A stretch of DNA of 64,000 nt from an uncultured Candidatus Poseidoniales archaeon (GTDB lineage Archaea > Thermoplasmatota > Poseidoniia > Poseidoniales > Thalassarchaeaceae). The stretch spans positions 3,441-67,440 of the forward strand of contig CAXDMJ010000002.1 in NCBI GenBank assembly GCA_963990035.1, read 5' to 3'. Under the pieces are notes generated by a model. It saw only the letters and a list, made by a program, of their open reading frames with translations, ran no database searches and was not told the origin of the DNA. Of the stretch, positions 57,522 to 64,000 are shown in pieces. Numbering within the stretch: the first letter of the stretch is position 1; each line of letters opens with the position of its first letter. The position numbers and the translations under genes were made by a program.

Positions 57522-58592
57522 TCAAAGTTCTGGCGTCCATCCAAATTTATCTTCTACACGGCCGTTCATGATATCAGTCAACGCAATGAATAGTTCTTGA
57601 GTTATTTTCCCAATACCTCCATTAGAATAATTTGCAATTTCTCCGCTATGTTCTATTGATCCAATCGGGGATATAACTGCAGCTGTACCTGCACAAAATG
57701 CTTCATCAGAATTCATTGCAAACTTAATATCAATTTTTTCTTCACGTACTTCGTAACCCATTGATCTAGCTAATTCTATAATCGACATTCTAGTAATACC
57801 TGGCAAGATTGTTCCAGTAAGTTCTGGAGTATATATTACATTATCTTTGATACAAAAGAAATTAGCTGCCCCAACTTCTTCTACATATTTATGATTAACA
57901 GCATCTAGATAGATGATTTCAGCATAACCTTCTGATTTTGCATTTTGTGATGGCATCATTCCAGGAGCATAATTTCCAATTGCCTTAACTCCACCTGATC
58001 CTCCAGGAGCTGCTCTATGGTAATTATCTGAAACCTTTAGAGAAATTGGATTCATTCCTCCTTTGAAGTAAGGGCCAACTGGTACTGCATAAATCAGGAA
58101 AGTGAACTCTGGTGCCGGAGCAACTCCTAAAATCGGGCCACTTCCAAAAATAAGAGGTCTGATGTAAAGTTCTCCTCTACCATTTGGAGGTAACCAGCGA
58201 ATATTTTCTTGTACAACTTTTTTTACAGCACTAAGGAAAATTTCTTCTGAAACAGGAGGCATACCTAGTCTTCTACAACCTTCAGCGGATCTACGCGCAT
58301 TAAATTCTGGGCGGAAAAGAAGTACTCTTCCATCTTCAGTACGCCGAGCTTTCATGCCCTCGAATAATCCTTGACCATAATTTATTACTCCTGCAGCAGG
58401 AGATATTTTCAGGTCTTGATAGTCCTGCATGATTCCAGTTTCCCATTCTTCTCCTTTTTTACAGGTTGACATATACATTCTATCAGTTTCTGTAAAACTA
58501 AAAGTTAGACTATCCCAATCAACACTCGGTTTAGATTCATCTAACATCATAAAGGCCTCAATCAATTGCTTGGGAGAGGGGGCGGCTTTCAA
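57522..58592 (-). CDS. ilvE: Branched-chain amino acid aminotransferase
   Basis: 356 aa, class IV. 'FEGMKARRTEDGRVLLFRPEFNARR' and 'GGVKAIGNYA'. Confidence 0.9.
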   Translation of the reverse strand: MKAAPSPKQLIEAFMMLDESKPSVDWDSLTFSFTETDRMYMSTCKKGEEWETGIMQDYQDLKISPAAGVINYGQGLFEGMKARRTEDGRVLLFRPEFNARRSAEGCRRLGMPPVSEEIFLSAVKKVVQENIRWLPPNGRGELYIRPLIFGSGPILGVAPAPEFTFLIYAVPVGPYFKGGMNPISLKVSDNYHRAAPGGSGGVKAIGNYAPGMMPSQNAKSEGYAEIIYLDAVNHKYVEEVGAANFFCIKDNVIYTPELTGTILPGITRMSIIELARSMGYEVREEKIDIKFAMNSDEAFCAGTAAVISPIGSIEHSGEIANYSNGGIGKITQELFIALTDIMNGRVEDKFGWTPEL

Positions 58593-58673
58593 CGGTTGTG
58601 CTTAATCAAACACAAAATAGCACTGGGAGAACTTCACAAGGGTGGGCACGATACGCCTCAATGATAGGCTAGG

Positions 58674-61331
58674 GTGTATTCATTGGAATGGAGAGATGAA
58701 GCATGCATTATTTCTGGAGATTACCGGGACTGGCCAAATGATTCTAAAAAAACTGCAATTGAATTATGGTGTCGTTCTAAATCGGGTCATTCAATATTAT
58801 TATTGGTTAATGGGTTGAAACCTTACATTGAGATATCTGACCCTATGACAAATAGTGATTCAAAGTATCCTAATCTTTCTTTAGATGAAGTTACTAATGA
58901 TAGTAGAGTTTTAGGAGAGCCAATTGAATTAGGGAATAAATTGTATAATGGTCAGGAAAGACCTCATTGGCGCATCAATGTTATTTCTAGAGATTATAAA
59001 TATTATAATTCGTTACAAAAAAAATTATCTACGGATGGTTGGGATGTGACAAGTTCTGATATTTTTCTTATACATAAACTACTGATGGATTTCGATTTAG
59101 GTCCTCATATCTCTTTTTCCGGGGAAGTTCTCTGGGCCGGTAATCGTGCACCTGAAGAAATACCTCGAACAACTAATTCTAGCGAAGTAGCCGAAAAAAT
59201 AAGACAAATTGGTGGTGCTGGACTTTATCCTGTTGATTTAATAATGCATTGTGATGTTTCATCTCTGGCAAGAGCAGACCCGTTCCCTACTCCTTTCGTG
59301 ACTTTTTCTTATGATTTAGAAACAAGTGTAAAACATAACAATATTTTATGTGCAGCAGCAGTAATTGATAGGAATGGTGAAAGATTGATTAGAGAATATA
59401 GGGGTTCTGAAAGAGAAATCATGGAAGGTCTAACAAGATTAGTTCGAGAAGAAGATCCTGATTTTATTACCGGTTATAATATCGATAATTTTGATCTTCC
59501 GAGAATGCTAGATCGATCTGAAGAAAATAGTCCTAATTCATTATCGGACCAAGCTGCAATGTTTGGATGGGGTCGTTTACCTGCTACAAGAAATGAAATT
59601 GGTGTTAAATCACCAGGTAAAATCTTCCCTAAGAGACAAAATAACAGAGTATGGAGAATACCTGGACGGATACCTCTAGATGCTTGGTGGCAAGCTAGAC
59701 AAACGTTGAGCCCTCAAAGAGAATCTCTGAAATATGTATCTAATTTATTATGGCCAAATCAAGATGATAAACAAAAATTAGATATTGATGCTAGCCAAAT
59801 GGATATGGAATGGGCGAATAGACCTGATGAAGTGATGGATTATTGCGTTAGAGATACAATATTGCCATTAGATATTCTTGATAAACTAAAATCAATACCT
59901 CGAAAAGAAGCATTGGCATCAGTATCTTCGACAACCGTTGAAACAGCATCAACAGGTACAACTAGTCAATGGATTGATTCTCTAGTTGTTCGATTAGCCG
60001 ATAGGAATGGAGTTGCCATTCCAATAACAAATCGAACTACTGGGCGACGAGAGCAAATTGCTGGTGGCTATGTCCATGAAGTCGAACCAGGAACTAAAAA
60101 TTGGGTAGCAGTTCTTGATTTCAAATCTATGTATCCCTCAATAATGATCTCTAATAATATATGTTCGACAACATTAATTAGAGATTCTCATAAAGACTCT
60201 ACTCATTTTATTTCTCCAGTTACTGAGACGCGTTATTTATCTAAAGAAGATCGAATAGGACTAGTCCCTCTATTACTTCAGGGCTTAATGGATAGTCGGG
60301 ACAAATACAAGAAAGCATACTCCCAAGCACAAGAGGCAGGAGACGAAGATGGGGCATTCCTTAATGACCAATTACAGTATGCTGTAAAAATCCTCATGAA
60401 TTCATTCTATGGAGTATTTGCATCAAGTTTTTATCGTTTCACTCATGAAAAATTAGGTGCTAGTATTACTGAATGGGCTAGGTATAACATTACTGAAATT
60501 ATTTCTAATCTAGAGAAAGATGGTTATGATGTGGTTTATTCAGATACTGATTCAATATTTGTTTGTACTCGTACTGAAGAAAACACACCTGCTAAAAAAC
60601 CATCCGGCGGACCTGAATTATTAGCTTGGGAATCTGCTAAAGATGAAACGCTCAAACTAGGTGAACAATTAGCTAATCAATTTACCAAAGAAGGTGCAGA
60701 ATTAGAATTTGAAACAGCACTTTCTGCTTTCTTTTCTCATGGTGCTAAGAAAAGATATGTTGGTAGAGTAATTTGGCCTAGAGAAGAATTATTGATACGT
60801 GGATATGAAGTTAGGAGAACTGACTCTTTCAGTATACTAAGTAAAACTATGACTGAAATGTTTGAATTAATTTTAGAAGGAGATGAAGAAGGTGCAATTA
60901 ACTTGGCTAAATCCGTGATCACAGATGTTCATCAAGGAAAGGTCGAAACATCTGATTTGATAGTTAGTCGTTCGTGTAAAGGGTCTTGGGATAAGAAATC
61001 AGGGAAATGGGTATTTGACAAGATTTATGCAAATCCAGATAGCCTTCCATATGTTCGTGCTGCTAAAGAAAGAATTAGTAGAGGATTACAATTCACTCCA
61101 GGTATGAAAGTTGGTTACATTATTACTAATTCTAAATCAAGCCCTATGGGAATAAAGGCTTGGTTGGTCGATGAGATAGGTGGAGAACCACCTAAACCCG
61201 ACCCGCAGTATTACGTTAATAGGTTGGCTAAATCACTTGGTCGTATTACTTCTGCACTAAAATTTGATGAGGCACAATTAAAAGATTATGCGAAAAATCC
61301 TTCGACTCAAAAGTCCTTATTTGACTTTTAA
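58674..61331 (+). CDS. polB: DNA polymerase, family B
   Basis: Exo I 'FSYDLET', motif A 'LDFKSMYPSI', motif B 'KILMNSFYGVFA', motif C 'VVYSDTDSIFV'. 885 aa and no intein. Confidence 0.9.
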   Translation: MYSLEWRDEACIISGDYRDWPNDSKKTAIELWCRSKSGHSILLLVNGLKPYIEISDPMTNSDSKYPNLSLDEVTNDSRVLGEPIELGNKLYNGQERPHWRINVISRDYKYYNSLQKKLSTDGWDVTSSDIFLIHKLLMDFDLGPHISFSGEVLWAGNRAPEEIPRTTNSSEVAEKIRQIGGAGLYPVDLIMHCDVSSLARADPFPTPFVTFSYDLETSVKHNNILCAAAVIDRNGERLIREYRGSEREIMEGLTRLVREEDPDFITGYNIDNFDLPRMLDRSEENSPNSLSDQAAMFGWGRLPATRNEIGVKSPGKIFPKRQNNRVWRIPGRIPLDAWWQARQTLSPQRESLKYVSNLLWPNQDDKQKLDIDASQMDMEWANRPDEVMDYCVRDTILPLDILDKLKSIPRKEALASVSSTTVETASTGTTSQWIDSLVVRLADRNGVAIPITNRTTGRREQIAGGYVHEVEPGTKNWVAVLDFKSMYPSIMISNNICSTTLIRDSHKDSTHFISPVTETRYLSKEDRIGLVPLLLQGLMDSRDKYKKAYSQAQEAGDEDGAFLNDQLQYAVKILMNSFYGVFASSFYRFTHEKLGASITEWARYNITEIISNLEKDGYDVVYSDTDSIFVCTRTEENTPAKKPSGGPELLAWESAKDETLKLGEQLANQFTKEGAELEFETALSAFFSHGAKKRYVGRVIWPREELLIRGYEVRRTDSFSILSKTMTEMFELILEGDEEGAINLAKSVITDVHQGKVETSDLIVSRSCKGSWDKKSGKWVFDKIYANPDSLPYVRAAKERISRGLQFTPGMKVGYIITNSKSSPMGIKAWLVDEIGGEPPKPDPQYYVNRLAKSLGRITSALKFDEAQLKDYAKNPSTQKSLFDF

Positions 61332-61383
61332 GGCCTATCACGTAGAGCCGTAGGTTTGATGATACAAGGATATCACGCAAGGC

Positions 61384-62592
61384 ATGATGGCACGCGTTCG
61401 TGGACTTGCATTTTTGTTGGTTTTATTGATGATTAGCACACCTCTAGCAGGTTGTTTAGATCAATTTAGTGGTAATAATGCACCTTCTGCTACATTTTCC
61501 TTAAACCCTAACTCAAACATTCGTTCAGGTGACGAAGTAACATTCAATGCAGCTGGTTCATCTGATCCTGATGGAGATGCACTTACATTTTCATGGAACT
61601 TTGGAGATGGTAATACTGGTTCAGGGCTTACAACAACACATACTTTCAATCAGGATGGCGAATATTCAGTTAGATTAACAGTGAGTGATGGTTCATTAGA
61701 GGCTACAACTAAGAAGACTGTGAATATTATCGACCCTTCTGCTAGAGAGCCTAATGCAGAGATCAGTTCTGAGAAAGATGATGATTGTGATGGAGAAACT
61801 GCACCAGCAGGAAGTTTCGTCTTAATTTGGGTTTGTGAAGAAGATAAAGAAATAAGTGATAAAAAAGTAGAATTTACTACAAAAATCACTCTTGATGCTT
61901 CTGATTCATGGGCTGGATGTGACCCTGATGATTCAAATTGTTATGCTGAAGAATATATTGTGGAATGGAATTGGGACTTAGATACTAGTTATGATTCCGA
62001 TAATGATGGCGATTTAGAAAATGATATTGACGCTACTGGTGAAGAAATCGAGTGGGAAACTTTACCCTCTAATGGTGAAGCAATTAGTTCAGGTGCTTGG
62101 GAAGTACGTTTGACAGTAGTTGATAATAATGGTCTAACTTCTTCAGAGAGCACCAAGGTATATGTTAATTATCGTGGTGTTTGGTCTGATTTTGAAATAG
62201 ATCGTCGTTTAGGAAACGATCCAATAATAATGTCTTGGGAATATCCACTGTCATATGATACAGAGACTGATGATAGGATTCGTTATCTTAGAGTCAAACT
62301 AATCTATCCTGCAGAAGATGATGGAGCCGGAGGTCTTACTGTTGATTCTGAAAATATACTTGATATCTATATTTACAATAATACTAATGATGAAGTCGCT
62401 AATACCTCTGCTATTGGTACTGAGAATAGAGACGCAGGAGATTGTGATTCAGATGATCAATGCGTTTGGATGGTGATTAGTGGTTCAACTGTGCGTGGGA
62501 AATTACCTGGTGAATGGACTGCAGATATACAAAATGAGAAAACTCACAACACAGAGATAAAACATTTCATTATAGAACTCCAATATCGATGA
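61384..62592 (+). CDS. Secreted or lipid-anchored PKD-domain protein
   Basis: Lipobox-like 'LAGC'. A classic PKD domain ('VTFNAAGSSDPDGDALTFSWNFGDGNTG') and a second PKD-like segment ('WNWDLDTSYDSDNDG'). Confidence 0.8.
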   Translation: MMARVRGLAFLLVLLMISTPLAGCLDQFSGNNAPSATFSLNPNSNIRSGDEVTFNAAGSSDPDGDALTFSWNFGDGNTGSGLTTTHTFNQDGEYSVRLTVSDGSLEATTKKTVNIIDPSAREPNAEISSEKDDDCDGETAPAGSFVLIWVCEEDKEISDKKVEFTTKITLDASDSWAGCDPDDSNCYAEEYIVEWNWDLDTSYDSDNDGDLENDIDATGEEIEWETLPSNGEAISSGAWEVRLTVVDNNGLTSSESTKVYVNYRGVWSDFEIDRRLGNDPIIMSWEYPLSYDTETDDRIRYLRVKLIYPAEDDGAGGLTVDSENILDIYIYNNTNDEVANTSAIGTENRDAGDCDSDDQCVWMVISGSTVRGKLPGEWTADIQNEKTHNTEIKHFIIELQYR

Positions 62593-62700
62593 ACTGCGCC
62601 GTTGTTACTACCACTAAAGTATCCGATTAATATATTCATTGAGATGAATGGATTCAAATATGGCTCTACGGTCGGCGAGTCTACCTTAGGGGTGTATCAA

Positions 62701-63987
62701 ATGGGTTCACAATGGGAAGATAGAAGCAAACCGCACTTGAATATAGTATTCGTTGGTCACGTTGACCATGGAAAATCGACAACAGTTGGGAGGCTACTTT
62801 TAGATAGTGGTCATATCGAACAACACGTAATCGATAAGAATGAAAAACTTGCACAAGAGCAAGGTAAGGCAGGTTTCGGTCTGGCTTATGTTATGGATGG
62901 ATTGAAAGAAGAGCGTGAGCGTGGAATTACTATCGATGTTGCTCACAAAGAATTCTATACTCCAAATTATTACTTCACTGTTATTGACGCACCTGGTCAC
63001 CGTGATTTCGTAAAGAACATGATCACTGGAACAAGCCAAGCAGATGCTGCTGTTCTTTGTGTTGCAGCTAACGATGGAGTAAACGCACAAACTAAGGAAC
63101 ACGCTTTCTTAGCACGTGTACTAGGAGTAAAACAACTAATTGTTAATATCAACAAGATGGATATTAGCGGTGTAGATTACTCAGAAGATAAATTCAACTC
63201 TGTTAAGACAGAAGTATCTAATCTATTGAAGATGGCTGGATTCAACCCAGCTGATGTTCCAATGATTGCAGGATCTTCTTTCTACGGAGAGAACATCTAC
63301 AACAAGAGTGAAAATATGTCATGGTACAAGGGACCTACTCTGTTCGAAGCAATTGATGGTATTCAGATGCCTCCGAAACCAACATCTCGTCCACTAAGAC
63401 TTCCTATTCAGGATGTTTACAAGATCAGCGGTATTGGAACTGTTCCAGTAGGAAAGATCGAGACTGGTGTTCTAAACTCAGGTAAGACTGTAGTATTCAA
63501 CCCAAGTCAGAAATCTGCTGAGGTTAAATCAATTGAGATGCACCACACAGTTCACGCTAAGGCTGAACCTGGTGATAACGTTGGATTCAACGTACGTGGT
63601 CTTGCTGCAACTGATATTCGCCGTGGAGACGTTGCTGGATACCCAGAAAGTGCACCTAGCTTCGTACGTCATGACGAAACATTCGTTGGACAAATCCAAC
63701 TTATGGAGATACCAAAGGCAATTGGTGTAGGATACACACCTGTATTCCACTGCCATACTAGCCAAGTAGCAGTTCGATTCGTTGAACTATTAGAGAATTC
63801 CAAAACTAAGGAAGCAAACCCTCCGTTCCTAAAGACCGGAGACGCTGCTTTGATTCGTTTCGGTCCAACCAAGCCAATGGCTATTGAACAGATGGATCAA
63901 TTCCCTGAACTTGCAAGATTCGCTATTCGTGACATGGGTAAAACCGTGGCTGCTGGCGTCTGCATGAAGATTGAGAAGAAAGCTTAG
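62701..63987 (+). CDS. tuf: Translation elongation factor 1-alpha (aEF-1A)
   Basis: '[24 protein letters not shown]', 'DAPGHRDF' and 'NKMD'. The start is set at the Met at 62701 (428 aa); the ORF-track start at 62602 would add an atypical 33-aa extension. Confidence 0.95.
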   Translation: MGSQWEDRSKPHLNIVFVGHVDHGKSTTVGRLLLDSGHIEQHVIDKNEKLAQEQGKAGFGLAYVMDGLKEERERGITIDVAHKEFYTPNYYFTVIDAPGHRDFVKNMITGTSQADAAVLCVAANDGVNAQTKEHAFLARVLGVKQLIVNINKMDISGVDYSEDKFNSVKTEVSNLLKMAGFNPADVPMIAGSSFYGENIYNKSENMSWYKGPTLFEAIDGIQMPPKPTSRPLRLPIQDVYKISGIGTVPVGKIETGVLNSGKTVVFNPSQKSAEVKSIEMHHTVHAKAEPGDNVGFNVRGLAATDIRRGDVAGYPESAPSFVRHDETFVGQIQLMEIPKAIGVGYTPVFHCHTSQVAVRFVELLENSKTKEANPPFLKTGDAALIRFGPTKPMAIEQMDQFPELARFAIRDMGKTVAAGVCMKIEKKA

Positions 63988-64000
63988 AATTTTAGAAAGA

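Noticed and set aside
62602-62700. 33-aa N-terminal extension of EF-1alpha
   Set aside because: aEF-1A starts only a few residues before the 'KPHLN' G1 motif, so the internal Met at 62701 is the likely start.

Overview
The window reads as an AT-rich (~40% GC) archaeal chromosome segment. Archaeal information-processing genes are present: aEF-1alpha, r-proteins S13/S4/S11/S8e, RNAP subunit D, Sec61beta, SRP19, FEN-1, family-B DNA polymerase, Trm11 and a XerA-type tyrosine recombinase. Many metabolic genes look bacterial: MaeB-type malic enzyme, ATP-PEPCK, bifunctional RibD, AceE-type E1 and PabC/PabBA. There is also a 2863-aa surface protein, an aa3-type cox operon and a PGF-CTERM protein. This mix resembles planktonic Euryarchaeota of the marine group II (Poseidoniales) kind; that placement is an inference and cannot be confirmed from sequence alone. 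About 45 CDS are supportable. I found two tRNAs by eye, tRNA-Arg(UCG) on the + strand and tRNA-Ser(UGA) on the - strand. No CRISPR array, transposase or rRNA is present. The most interesting candidate is a compact three-gene operon at 50.4-54.7 kb. Its first gene encodes a membrane protein with an N-terminal SAP/HeH DNA-binding motif. The second is a Soj/ParA ATPase. The third is an EamA/DMT permease whose cytoplasmic N-terminus carries a bacterial ParB-type ParA-activating peptide ('KGLGRGLESV'). I read this as a possible membrane-anchored ParA partner or DNA-tethering module with no obvious described equivalent. Other items worth follow-up are a TPD/PD-(D/E)XK nuclease-like protein downstream of leuS, a 1242-aa polytopic membrane protein, a TSP3 calcium-binding repeat protein with a (GQ)n microsatellite, a CoxI with a long N-terminal extracellular extension, a GC-rich structured leader ahead of the S13-S4-S11-RpoD operon, and an iodotyrosine-deiodinase-like flavoprotein.
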